Source of the DNA: Yuukianura sp. NJ FZ-2021
Lineage: Eukaryota
Length of the DNA: 64,000 nucleotides
Direction of reading: 5' to 3'
Assembly (NCBI GenBank): GCA_046563655.1
Contig: CM102290.1
Span: 3,596,001-3,660,000 of the forward strand
Below the pieces are notes generated by a model. That model was not told the DNA's origin and searched no databases. It saw nothing but the letters and a program-made list of their open reading frames with translations. This document shows, piece after piece, positions 1 to 13,952 of the stretch. Position 1 is the stretch's first letter; each line of letters starts with the position of its first letter. The position numbers were made by a program, and so were the translations under genes.

Positions 1-3000
1 GGAGAAATTGAGGGAAGTAGGGACATTGTTGTTAATTATTGGAACAGTCAAGGTGAAAAACACATGCACCAGAAATTAGATCCCACTTATTCTCTTTCCT
101 CGTGGCGTAATTTTCCACTTGACAGGAGAAAGTTAGCAATTACAAAAAAAACAGCAACAGATACTCAACCCACACTTTTTAGTAACTGATAGTTACTCCC
201 TCCACGCAAACACATTTGATCCACATTTATCAAATTTTTTTTTACAATTTCCAATAAGCTCCACATTTTAACTTCAGTCAGAAGTTGATCCAAAAAAGAG
301 AAATTTTTATCATCCATACCCCAAAGGGAGGTTGAAATTTCAATTCCAAGAAAAATGCGTAACAAGACAATCACGCTGCTTTTCAAATTAAAAAAAAATA
401 TTCTCGGCGGCACTTGCGCCAAAAATTTCAATTTCCAATTATACAAAGTATACAAAGTAGCTAGTTACAATGCGGAAATTTTTTTCACTTCGCATTAGTC
501 TAATCTTTTGATCTGCCACAACCAGATCAGTTGCCAAAATTGAGCTCGAGTAGTGTCAATATTTGATCTCAATTTGAATTCTAAATGGCAAAAACTACAA
601 TTGAAACGATTAAAGTTTAAAAAAGAGAAAGAAAAAGTGAGCGTGGGAGACTCTGCTCCATTTTGTGTCCTGCGGTTAAAAAAATCAAAACGTGAACTTT
701 GCAAATTGGACTAAAATGTGCAAATTTTTTTCACATGGTAAAAACAAAAATGAGATTTTGGAATTCTACATGTTTATGCATATGAAATTTATTTTGAAAA
801 AAAAAGTTCATGCGCTAAAAATTGTAATTGCTCAACCCAAAGTGCACTTTGATGATATTCCAACCACTTAGCAAGTGAAGTCAAAATGTTTCAAAGGAAA
901 AGTGGGTTGTTGAACTGACGAAAGCGTTATTTATTGAAGGAAAAGTTGGTCGATTCCTTTTGAACAAGTGTCACTTGAATACCTACACTTGTTGGGTTAC
1001 TTACCGTAAAGATCCAAATACTGTCTTAGGTTCCTATTTTCCAAATACTGGTCAAAAACAATTTTGGCCAACTTTTAGAAGTTTTACGGTAGATTTGAGG
1101 CTCTAGGTTACAGTTTTAAAGAATGTCAGGACAAGGACTTGCTTTGGTTGATTCTAATCTAAACACTTAAGGAAAAATCAATAAGGATTTAGATTTCCCT
1201 TTCATCCGAAATTTGAGCCAAGGCCCCTAGTGCCCTTCAAAGCGTTTGTTTTCACTTTCTAAATTGGAATTCAAAAAAAGCGGAATTTTTTTTTAAGCAA
1301 ACATTCTTTTGAAGAATTGCTTTGAAAAAAGCAAAAATGTATAGAAGTAATTGTGGACTCAAGTTCTCATGCGCAAACTTTTAACTAACAAGTGAAAATT
1401 AATGTGAATTTGTGGAACTCATATAGTTATCAATTAGAAGAGAAATCGTAAAATTTCAAAAACATTTTTTTTTTCGTTTTTGAGAAATTTTTAATTCTCA
1501 AACTAAATATTTTGTTAATTTTCACTTTGAGAGTGTGAAAGTTCGAAATTGAATGTGTAAAGTAACTGTACAGTAGCAGGTAAGTGTAAAACTATTCTAA
1601 ATTTTCGCGCGTGTGCCTAGTAATTAGCACAGGTCTTCACTGTTTTAATTAAGTTTTGAGCTAATTGGGTTTTTAGTTTTACTTTTAAAATAGTTTCAAT
1701 TAGTTTTTGACTGACATTTACATAATTGGAAGTTTAAAAATAAATCCCCCACTAGCATTTAACCTGCAACTGACTTTATGTAGAACACTTTCGTTGAGTG
1801 ACACGTGGAAATTGGCAATTATTGTTTTGGTTCATTTTGTAAACAATTTATTTGTTTTGTAAACAATTGTATTGGCATAGTTGGGCACTTCTATTGTTCT
1901 GGCAGTTGAGTAGAGTTGGGCGTGGCTGCTTGACTTGGTGCCCCTTCTGCCTCACTTTCCTTGTCACTCAGCGTGTGAACTTATGAAATTGTCATACTTC
2001 CAAAAACAATGGCAATGTCTCAATTGACTATAACCTTTGTTTTAAAATACCTCGAATTAAATATAATTCATATAATATAATAATTAATATAATAATTATG
2101 GTTAATTCAGAAGACCTTGCGTACGTGACTAACGAGAGTAGTAAAAGTGAAAGTATTTTGAAAACTTGGTTTTTGTTGAGGTCATTGTTTGCAAAGGAAA
2201 GTCGTAAAATCAGTTTTATTTTTTTGAAACTAGCTTAATTAAATTTAAACGAGGAAAAAAATTTAGTTGTTTTGTTGCTTCAAAGAATGGAATTGTTAAC
2301 AATGTAATTACAAGAATTGGACCAAATTGATTGTGTGTAAAAATTCTGTTGTAATTCCCGCACTACCACTCATTCAAGACTCTCCATACCTCATAAATTT
2401 TAATTGGAGTGAAAATTAAGCTCAAGCTTAAGACATACACTAAAAAGCAACACACCCAAAACAAAACCAAACTTGGTACAGTTATAAATTTTAGAGCTAC
2501 AGTACGTGATCGGAACCAAAATTTTCGAAACTTCAGTTTTCCAAAAAGGAAATAATAAATGGTTTGTCAATTTCTAAATTAAAGAAAAATACAAAAGGAT
2601 TGTGTAAAAGTTCACTCAATGTCCATATAAATTCCAATTTTCCTGTCAACGACAGTGGGGTTGATAGAACTGTACAGTATTTACGCAATGACATTCCTAA
2701 ATTAAATTTTCTTTGTTTGGATTCTTCATTTGACATGCGTACTAAATTTTTGTTATGGTGAGAAGTTCTAATTGGAGTTGACATGAGTTTGCTAAGTGGC
2801 TTGTGCCACTGCTTCTGCGCAAAGTTATTCCCAATCCACGCGTCCAATTTTACGAACAGAGGAGTCATGATTGCCCTGCCGGCGGAATCTGCGCAGAATC
2901 AGCATGAAATGTGCCTGACACCTTTAGAGAATTGGTTTGTCCGTTAATTCCTTGTAGGGTAGACCACTCCTGCAATTCCTCATTAATCAACTGCGCTCAC

Positions 3001-3270
3001 TTTATGTCAACAGTCTGCACACAGATTGACCTCTTTCTGCGACAATACAAAAGTTCCTGTACCGTGAGGCAGTTGCCCAACTTCCTCTGCCTATCCAAGC
3101 ACATGGTTGTAAAACTACTTTCTTCCGCCAGTTTCTTTACTGTCAAATTTATACAGGGTTAACCAGTACCCAGGTTCTGGGTACTAACCCACTGGGCATA
3201 ATGGGCTAACACCCATCGAGCTTTTGTGCCAACCGGTTGTTTAAATTGAACGTTTGAGTGTGTTTTCTTA

Positions 3271-3464
3271 ACAGGTTATACCATAACGCCATTTTTCAAA
3301 TTTTTTGAACCTCACATCTGACGCGACCATTTGACATCAAAACTACGGCTCAGCAACGTGAAAATTAAAAAGTTTCAAAAGATTATTGTGAAAACAAACA
3401 AAATCGGTCCAAAAGTTGTTTTTTCGTGATTTTTAAAAAAAATCGGCGTTATGGCATAACCTGT
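3271..3464. mobile_element. MITE, ~194 bp, TA-flanked
   Basis: Inverted termini ACAGGTTATACCATAACGCC (3271-3290) and GGCGTTATGGCATAACCTGT (ending 3464); TA on both sides; no ORF. Confidence 0.7.
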
Positions 3465-3918
3465 TAGAGCATTTGTAGTAATGGGCGCTATAGCAACATT
3501 GGTGCCAGCGATCGAAGTTTGAAGGCGGCGTGTTTAGGTCAATCGTCAACAGAAAGTTAATCCCCACCGATAAAGGGAGGGTTGAAAGATTTCAGTTAAC
3601 TTGTGCAGAGCCTTATAGGAGTTTCACAATAATGCTCAATAATTCAAGGAACGACGACTGCCTGAGAGTATGTCAGCAGTTCAATTAGTCCATTTCAATT
3701 GTATGACTATAAGACAATGCGAGATTTGTTATGTTTGAGTGATACTCGCAGACGGATTGGTTTGTTGATTCACAAACTAAACAGAACCACTTCAACCACT
3801 TTCTCATCCTAGGCAGTCTGTAAGGTGAGATTAATTGAAAAGAAAATGAGGGAGATTCAAAAAGAGGTAGATGTTGTGCCATTTTGGAAACCGAATGCTA
3901 CCTACACTTGTTCATGTT

Positions 3919-4023
3919 TATATGCTAATGTACACTATGGTTCAGAAGCACAGTGCATGTTAATGAACACCATCTTTCAAACTTAAAGTATATGCTAATG
4001 TACACTATGGTTCAAAAGTACAG
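3919..4023. repeat. Local direct repeat, two ~35-bp copies
   Basis: TATATGCTAATGTACACTATGGTTCA(G/A)AAG(C/T)ACAG at ~3919 and ~3989. Confidence 0.8.
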
Positions 4024-7000
4024 GTTGCAGTGGCACTGTCTCGACTGTTCTTTAACTTTAAGTATTCCCTCAAAACTCTCTCCTCCATTCATTCTAAGTT
4101 TATTAACCACTTTGGACACACCCAACTGGACATGTAGAATAAAATTTAGCAACAAATGGAATTAACCTGAATCGTTTTAATCAAATACGTCACTACGTAA
4201 ACTCGCCTCTTCGAATTTTTGAAAAAAGTTTGTGAAAATTTTTGACTTTGGCAAAACAATTCTTTACAGTTGTGCTAACTACATACCCTGTACAGGGAGA
4301 AAGAATTTGAATTTGCACAAATTAACAAATTGAAAACGCTGGATGGATTTCATATTCATGCATAGATGCAAACATAAGCATTGATCAAAGCTCGAAACTT
4401 TTTTTAATACTTTCTAAAAAATTTTAAATTTTTTTTTTGTAAAGCAAGAAGCAACTTTGAAACTAAATTTTGAATTTTGTTCTCATGCTTCAGAATATCA
4501 CTTGAACCCCGTTGTTCCCAGAATTAAAATGCAACATCAAACATTGCTTTAATCACCTTAATTAATCAAAGAGGAACCAAAATCCTGGAAGCGCAAAACT
4601 TCAAACTGTGTTCCCATACAGTTTTTGAACTTTTTGTCGTTATTATCTTTCTTTTGAAAAGCAGTAATTTGTTCTGTTTTTCTAAATTAATTCTCCTGTA
4701 TTTGCCATTCTTAAAAAATGTATACAGGAAATGGTTCCTCCTCCTTTAAGTGTAACATACACTTAGGAAGGTGTGAAATATGAAACAGCACTTAATTGTT
4801 CTAGATTTATGCTTTCCCGCTTCCATCCATTCGTTTAGTGTTTTGAGAATGGGAGCATGATGATGAATAATGTATGTTCGGAACAAGTAGAGGAAGAGGA
4901 CTTTGAACATAAGGAGAATGTAACCCGGGAAAAACAAAATTACGGCATAGAGCCTTAATTTTCAACTGGGTTGTGTCGTGCTTGGAAAAAAAAAGTTAAT
5001 ACTCACTCCAAAAGTTAAATCGATTTATGAAAATTTAAAAAAAAATTGCAAAATGACAAGCACATTTCGATTATAGTTGTGTTTTATACGTTTGAAATTA
5101 AAAAAAAATGGCGTGGGTGAAGAAGCGAATTGTTGAAATGTGTAAGAAAAAAATATTTACAAAATTTTTTAGTTTGTTCTTGTGAAGAAATAGAGTGAGT
5201 TGTTGATTTTCAGTTCAAAATTTTTCAGGGTGATAAAAATCGAGTAAATTTTTTTCATTCACTGGATGTTTTCATGTTGAGGATGACCTCTGGTTTTCAA
5301 GTTTCGACACTGACTAAAGCCCGTGTTAAAACCAAAGATCATAAACTTATGTCAAGTAGACATTGAGCTTGAACCGTGAAGCAAATACATTAATTCAGAT
5401 GGGTGACTTGGCCCCACCAGGCGGGGCAGACGTTCCATCAAAACAAAAGTTGAGCTTTCTTTAGCATCAACAAGAACATGATCCGCTCTACGTCAAAATT
5501 CACACACCGAACATAAGCTAACCTTCTGTTTTGATCTTGAAGCTTCCAAAATAGAAAATTAAGGATTCTCAAAATAAAAAAGAAACAAGGCTCAAAATTT
5601 TGAAAAGAATGAAGAGAAATTGGCGACAATGAGACAACAAGTTGGGTGCATGTCGTCAATGGAACAAAGGCTATGCTGTTTCTTTTGGACCCTTACAAAA
5701 TAACAATGACTGGCACAAATACCAAAGTTGATTAAATTGAAAAACTCTTTTGTTCAAAGGATTTTGAACTTGAACCACCAACTTTTGGATGCAACAACCA
5801 TAAAACTTTTCACTTTCCAATGTTTTTGTAACTAACTAAAGTAACACAGGAAAAACTACAAAATTCAGGATTAGGATTAACTTTGTCAAATTATAATCAT
5901 CAATTCTAATTTAACTTTAAAATTTCATAAACTATGACATTAACCAAAGCTGAGAAGTTTTCAATAAATTTAAAAAAACTTGCAAGGAATTGAAAAACGA
6001 ACGAACCAAAATAATCTGGATTTGCGTAAGTTTTGTATTTAATTTTTACCACAGCGGTTTTAATCGAATAAAACTCAGATTTACTTCCGGGTGACACTTC
6101 GGTTGAAAAAAAATTCTGACGCTTTTAAAATAGCATAACATCAGCACCCACAAAAAAGTTCATTTATTAAGGTGTTGTATATGTCTGCATGAACAATACT
6201 CCTAATTTCTTAAAGAAGAGCATCAATTTCTCATGTTTGAAGATAGTACTTCCGAGACAGGAGTCCTCCCCACCCCTAAGCATCTTCTCAAAATGGGGGC
6301 GGGGATGAACCTAAACATGGATTTGGCATCAATGATGCAGAAAGAAAACGGAGAACGAATTTACAGCGGCCAAAGACCTCGCGAAATGGACTTTAATTGC
6401 CAAATTCCTAATTTTTTATAGCAGCGTTTCAAAAAGATTCAATTTGCTTCAAAGATAAATTATTTCATGTTAAAAAAACAAAAGTGATAAAAAACGTATA
6501 GTAAGAGGAGATCAGTTTCAAAATTTTAAATTTCAAATATGTTCAAGCAAAATTAAAGGAGATTCATATAACAAAAGTGATGATGAGACGACGTTTATGA
6601 CTTCCGTCGAGATGTTTTTTTGTCAATTTTTTTTTGCAGTCATAAAAAGTATAATCGTCCATTTTTCCAGCTTAATGTTAATGGTGTTTTTAAGAAAAAA
6701 AAATAATGACAAGTTTCCTTTTCCTTGTCATTTTTTTGACAAATTTTGACATAAACTAAAATTTTTGTGTGTATAAATAATGGTTGGATGGGTCTTTTGT
6801 TAAATATTGTGGGATTTGTCTCTTCTAGAAGATTCAGATCTTAAAGTCTCCTTTACGACTCAAGAACAAAATTTTGTAAAGTTTAATAATGCATTAAGAC
6901 ATTTAAATTATTGTTTCCAGGATCAAAGCTGAGGAAGTGGGCAGGGTTAGACGAAACCCCGGAAAAGTTGCAAATTGAAAATCAGCATAACGCAACTTAA

Positions 7001-10000
7001 AAACCAAAATGTTGGTCTAACGTAACCAAAAAGCGTAAAGTAAACTCATTCAACTAAATACAAATTTTTCTCCTCCTTCCAAAAACAGTTTCTTAGGTTA
7101 ACCAAATTCACAATTTAGAAACTATTTGGAAAGTATTTTTAAATTTTTCCGCCTAAAAGTTTAATGAACCGCGAAACGTATCGCGTGGTTTGGCCAGTAG
7201 ACGGGTTAACCTTGTTTCAAAAATTCAACGTCTAACTTTCCAAAACTAGATTCAAAAGTTAGTTTTTTAAAATCTTTCATTACGGATTATGCGCCACCAT
7301 AACAAAACGCTTAGTACCCATAACCAAGGTTCCTTGACAACTGATTTGTATTTCCTACAACAGGTAGTTCAGTGACTCCGGGTTTTCCAAAATCTGGCTT
7401 CAAACAATTTTTGGCACCAATTGAGCACCAATCTCATATTACGTACAAAAATTACCATATGAAGGAAGTTTTGCTGGTTGTAAACAAAATTGAAAACTTC
7501 GAGTTACTGGACAACCTGGTGCAGAAAAAAAACATTTTCTTTGTTTACGAACCTTGCCCATAGCGTGGTTTTAACCCGTGAACGGGTTAACCCTGTTCTC
7601 AAAAACAGTGTTCTGGAACTACGGAAGTACCTCGGATGCCCTTATTGTTCTCGTCAAAAGTTGATGACCTAGAAGATATTTGAACTTCCCTCCAAAATTC
7701 TGTTTAAACATTGCGGAGCCCTTAACATTCCTGTTTAAACTTCAGCGGAAGTATTTTATGAAAATCTGGAAAGAATCTTCCAGCATTTGACTTTTCTATC
7801 TTCAAAGGAACCCAAAAAACTTCTTTTTCCTGAAGCGGGGGATTTGAAAAGTGACTTAAAAATGGAGCTCAAGTCTTTCAGATCATTGAACTGGAAATAT
7901 TCTACGGTCCTTGACATTCCGCCACTTAACTTCTACGTTACGAGGACCCGCTTACTTTTGAATCTGAGTTATAAGTTTCAATTGCTGGAGGGAAATTTCA
8001 AAAAGTCGACATTAATACAAACAAAAGTGAAATAAGGAAATAAGGATGAACGTTTGTAGACAAACAAAAGGATTTTCCTACATTTGTCATTTTAAATCCT
8101 CACAAACTTCTTTTTTTCAAAAAGATTATGTTTTGTATTTCAAAAATTTCGAAAATGAAACCCAACGGAGATAACCGTTTGTTTAAAAAAGAGTTTTGTA
8201 ACGGATGTCCGTCTGTTTAGTTTTTTTTTCTATTGGCATATTTAGTCAAGGTGTGGTAGAGAATTCACACGGTTTTTGAAGGAACGGAAACCTTCATGTT
8301 TTGAAATAATTTTTTGATTCATGTTTTTTTTTTTGAAGAAAAAAGAAAGAGTGAAGATGGAGACGTTAAGTTGGACTTAAGGACAAGGATTTAGGAGCGG
8401 AAAAAAATGAGCAAAGTTTTGGCCAATTTGCAACACAATTTTTCAGTTGAATGAGGGAGCGTCAATGACACTTTTTGAATAACAACAAATTAATAAAGAT
8501 GTTGCTACCAAGTACAACCTTTACTTGATCTTTCCTTGGCTTAAACTTGTGAAAGACTCAGATACTTAATAGTAATTTACACCTTTTCACCTGGACTAAC
8601 TAATTAAAGAGGTTAAATTAATCAGTAGTAGCTAATGGACGAACTATCAAGGTTAAACTGCAACTCAGCTAAAAGAAATTGGAAATTTTCAAGGAAATTT
8701 TAATTTTGTGCTTTCAAAGTCACATAGGTGCTAATTTTTAGACATGGTCTTCGGAATCTTATTGTTGGCAGTTTAGGTACTCCATCAGTTCACAACAATG
8801 TTTTATACAAAATATAATAAAATATTTACAATTAACTAAAATATCAAAATCTACTAAAATTTTTCAGAATTACGGAGGATTTTGGAAATAATTTTGAAAA
8901 TTTTCAAGGATGACAACATTTGAGAAGCAAAAGAGTGAGAAGGTTGAGCCAAAACTAAAATTTTCAACGAAATTTTTGTGTTGTTAATGATCCAGAGTTT
9001 TTAGAACTTTTGAAACAACAATGTATAAAAAAAACACTCAAAATTACGAAATTGTGTAGTAATTTTTTTTGAAAAAGTTTACCTCAGAAGCAGATCCAAT
9101 GTTAGGTTTGGTTTAATGATTGTTCCAAAGTTTAAAATTTCCACAAGTTTTCCACAAACTTTCACCGGGCTAAACTTTCTCCTCGTCAAGTCTTTTTCTG
9201 CCCAAAGTTTTTTTTTTTCGAACCACAACTGCTAAAATTAAAAATTTGAAAACTAATTCTAAAGCCGAAAGTTTTCCAGTAATTTCGAAGCTATGTTATG
9301 TTGTCACTGGTTCGTTTAATGTAAAGTTCAGAGGAATGTTACTGAGGGATTCCAGTTCTGGTGACCCAGTGCCAAAGTGGCAGAGGTGGGCAGTGGTTCT
9401 ATTGTTGCTCAGATGACAACTGGGTAAGAATTCTGGTTCTGCCGGTCTGGTGACTCTGCCTCAGTCGAGCTACAACAATGATCTGCCACCACTACTTCCA
9501 CTACCACCAAACCACCAACAATGAGACGAGAGATGTGTAAGGGACCTCGGGTGGCTCTACAGGTGGAGACGAAGGGATTCAATTCATTTGAAAGGCCCGG
9601 GGGCCCTGGGCAGCCCAGACACCAACTACGTCTAATTCATACCCTCTGCCAAGGTTCAACTTTGGAATTAACACGGTGGTCTCCGCCATGAACCCTCCAT
9701 TGTTCAAGGGCCTCGTGTCCAAACCAACCTCCTATGGCATCACGATCTCCAAGTACCGTAAAGATCCATTGTGAGACCCAACACTTCTGACACAAATTTG
9801 AACCACAAGCTAGTACAAAAGTCTAAATTCATTATTATAAAATTTCAAAATTTATGAAAATTTCATAACATCCAAGAATGTCCAAAACCAGATTTGTCAA
9901 AATTGAATTCATCAGGGAAAAAAATCTTTCGGGGGGGAATAGGCAGGCGTTTATGAAATGCTGGGAAGTTTTTTGGAAATTTACGGTAAGACGGTCGGAT

Positions 10001-13000
10001 CCCTTGAGAATGTTGAGGCTCAAGGGCTACGGGCCCTTGCATTGTGCAAGATGCCTGGAATCCCTGGAGGGTTATTTGGAGTCGGCGAGTTGAAGAATGC
10101 TGAAGGATCCCACTGGCACATCCGAAACAATGGAATTCATCTCTCACGAATCTCATCTTCTTGCATTCTCAAACGTACAAATCACATCTCACCTTCATCT
10201 TCTTCGTCTTCCTCTGCCAGTGTTGTCATTACCCGTAAAAATGTTTAGTATATCGTTAGTTGTGCGCAGGAGACTCAGACAAATGCAGTTCATGCTTGCT
10301 CCAGGGTGTCTCTAAGAACTTGTTACAAACCATGCAAAAAAGTCGTCAAATCACCAACACCTTGTTCTACGTCTCTTTCTGTTGCAAATGCAATGGAATT
10401 GAAAAGAAATTGTTCAATTTCTTTCCACTTTATACTATTTTACAGTTTCTGAATTCAGTTTGAGATTTGAGTGTTATGAAATTTAAATTTTTATTATCAT
10501 GGATGAACAAGAGTCGGACATTTCTGAAAAGTTTTCAACATGGGAGTCATTTACAATTTATTTTACAATTTTGGATTTTTGACAAATTTTTAGCAGTTTT
10601 CTTTTATACGCAACGAGTTTAGCGTAGCTATAAAAAATATTGGCCGCAAAAATATCATTACTCAATTTTTCCATCTTCTTCTCCTTTTTTTTTCAAAAGT
10701 ATTCGAAATTTAGTAAAAAAAAAAAAAATGATGTGCTCTGTGAACTTTTTCTTTTGAAGTGATACTAAAGATGCACTCTTCAGTAACATGAACATTACTG
10801 ATGTAAACATTAGTACAAACATGAGGGAAAGTGTACAAATGGGGAAGGTTAATGTCAAATGTGCACATCAGACGAAGAAAAAAGCGACGACGAAACTGAG
10901 ATTAGAACGAGTGACAAAATTTATCTCTCAAAAATTTAAGTGCTACTCACTTTCTTCGAGAGTGACAAAAGAAATGAACTCTAATTTTTTTTTTTTTTTT
11001 TAGAAATTTTGTTTAGACAGATTCGTTTTTGCATTTTTGCCGCTTATCACTGACTACATAATACGCGAAATGCATCAGGGAATGCCCATTCCCTTTCCTT
11101 ATCATTTATTTTTCCTGTAATACTGCCGCTCACTTTCAAAATTGGTGAATTTTATGGCGGCAAAATTGTTAATGACTAACATTTAACACCGTTTTTTAAA
11201 TTTTTTTTGTAACTAATTTTTGTAACTCCAAGTGAAGTTACACTTTGTACATTTGCAGGAACTGTACATTTGCAGTAATTTGACAGTTGGAAAAAAAAAT
11301 TGACGAAAAAAAATTACCAATTTTTTTTTCAATGGTCATTTCTTATTCAAAAGTTTCTTCCTCTTCGACAAGTATCAATTTGGTTCTTACAAATCATAAC
11401 CTCAATTATACGAATCAGAAGGAGCGAGAAAAAGTGGTTCCTTTTGATCATTTTTTAAAATTTGAATTTTGGCAGACAAGTTTCGAAAGTAAACGGCAGC
11501 GGTGGTAGAAGTAGCGGCTCATAAAAAATATTTTTTTTCGATAAGTCATTGTACATTCCCGTAAGAGGATGAACAAAAAAAATCCGCCTTCTGCACTTCA
11601 AAAATTCAAAATTGCGCGCCAACCTTTCATCGTCATTTGAAATAACAGCGTTCCTAAAAGACTGAGTCGAATTTTAAATAAGGTTAAACCTAACTGCGCA
11701 AACTGCAACCATTCGACTCTTCTTCTTGTTACAAACACAAATTATAGGCTTCATCAATCTAGATCTGCAAAAATATGTACAAGGTGTAACAAAAAAAATT
11801 TTTTTTGCATGTACACCATGTGCCAAAGTGTCTGACCATATCTGGCCTTCTAATCGTTACGTTAATCCATTTAAGGTCGGGCCATTCATTCATTTTTGTT
11901 TCGTTTTTTTGAGAACATAGCGGTAGCATCTTTTAGGTTCAAAATTTTGGATTCCGGCTTTAAAATAAGTTTCAAAGATCATAATTTTACACAAAAGAGC
12001 CAAAGGCCAAGCACGTCTTGACTTGCAAAGTTCAATTCCAAAAAACGAGTGAAAAAAAAACGAAAGACCCAATTCACAATTTGACTTTTTTAAAAAAAAT
12101 TTTGAAGAAAAAGGAAAACAAAAAAAAGTTTAAAATTGACTTTACTGCGACTCACAAAACTTTTGAAAACAAACCAACTAGTGATATTTTTTTTTTATTT
12201 TTGTCACAATTTAGCGTCCTAAGTACTTCATGAATTAGATTTTACATGAATAGCTTATGAATTTTTTTGATCGTTTTGAGTTGATGTATTTCGACATGTT
12301 GATCCGTTTGGAGTTGATTTCTTTGGACTGTTGAACTGTTTTTGAACTTTCGTAAAGTTGACAGGAGGCATCATCTTGACAAGTCAACTTAGGAATAATT
12401 TATAATGTTCAAGATGTAGAAGATGGTTCTGCTGGTCTTATGATGATGCAACCACCATGTTATTGTATTACTTAATTCTTGAGATTAGAGTTGCACAAAC
12501 GATTGTTGCTCCTCATGCAACGTTAAGCATGTGCAACTTGATCTTCTCAAATTCAGATTGTTCCTAATCCCTCCAATGGGAGATTGGCATGAGCCGGATT
12601 CAGCTGAAAAGTTAATTGTTTTGGACAGGTTTGAATTGTATCCAAAGCAAAGAGTGATCAGTTGTAAATTGTTTAACCAAAGGGCAAACACTAATTCCAA
12701 TTAGAATCAATCCTGTTTACTCTACTCAACGGCATGTCATGTTACTCGAACCCAATCAACTCCCAACCAAATCAAAACCGTTTAACTTTCAAAATGATCA
12801 GAAACTCACGAAAGTCTCAGTTTATTCTGAAATGTTAAAATTTTTGGATTGGCAGTCTCACCTACTGACCAATCAACATGAAAATTTGAACCAAAACCCG
12901 TTTTTAGTCAAAAAAAAGTCTGACATTTTGATTGTTTACTAATTCAACTTACACTTTATACACAAACTAACTAACGTAAGTTGAAGTGAGAAAAATTGTT

Positions 13001-13736
13001 TTAATTATGCAATCCAATGAACTAACGTGTGAGTCGTCTCTAGGGAACTTTTTTTTACAACATTTTTTAAGGAAGTCAACTTAACATTTCTCCCATGCCC
13101 TACAATCTCCAGTTCAAATCTCATAAAAATTTTTTACAACACACAACTTTTAGTATTCTACGTTCAGAATGTAAATATTACCAAACGCAATTAAGTCCAA
13201 TTGTTAATTAACTTAAACTCCAAAGGGAAACTAAACAATTTACTTTGTGACTTTCGGAAGTTGTATAGCGGTGGTAGTGCATAACTGTGTTTGATCTCAT
13301 CATAAGTTTCAATCTTATGCACATGTTTAAACAATAGAATTGAGAACTGAGTGTGGTAATGAGTTAGTCAAAAGTTCTGAGGTCATTGACCTCTCTTGTT
13401 CCCACCACTTCACAAAGTTACTAAGTGGGTCACTATTTGGAAAATTACGGTACGGGCCCAAATAATCACCAACAATTGAACTGACACCTTCTCTCTTTTC
13501 TAATCTTTTGTATACCATTATAGGAATCATCTTCTCTGGGAATTGCTCAATCTTGACAGTTTCCTTAATTGTAAACACTTAAGACGTGTGAATTAGTTAA
13601 GTAATTGAGAACCAAACTCGGCATATATGGACTTACAAAGGAACAGAGTTCAACACCACTTTGGCTTTTCTATGAAATATTATAGAGACCGAAGGTGTGA
13701 GTAATTGCTAAAGTTTCCTTTTATGAAAGTATGTTA

Positions 13737-13952
13737 CAGTAGACCCTCTCAAATCGCAATACTTTTTGTCTCACAGCAGAACACTGTAAAACACAAAGTA
13801 ATTGGCGGGACGTCCACTTTAAGCAAAGCAACTGTTCACATTTTGGGTGATGCGCCATTACTTATACATATCAAAAATGATCTGGAAGTTTACCGGTAGG
13901 CGCCAATCAAACCGACCAATCACAGCGAGTTGCCATTTGAGAGGGTTTGCTG
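13737..13952. mobile_element. Tc1/mariner-type MITE (copy A)
   Basis: TIRs CAGTAGACCCTCTCAAAT ... ATTTGAGAGGGTTTGCTG, TA on both sides; related copy at 30462-30741. Confidence 0.75.

Noticed and set aside
7164..7610. Two similar segments (GCGTGGTTT...ACGGGTTAACC.TGTT at ~7182 and ~7563)
   Set aside because: Short degenerate direct repeat with no TIR, TSD or LTR hallmarks; too weak to call an element.
9300..10320. GC-richer segment with several overlapping 60-97-aa ORFs
   Set aside because: No recognisable domain in any frame and no consistent splice-phase model could be built.
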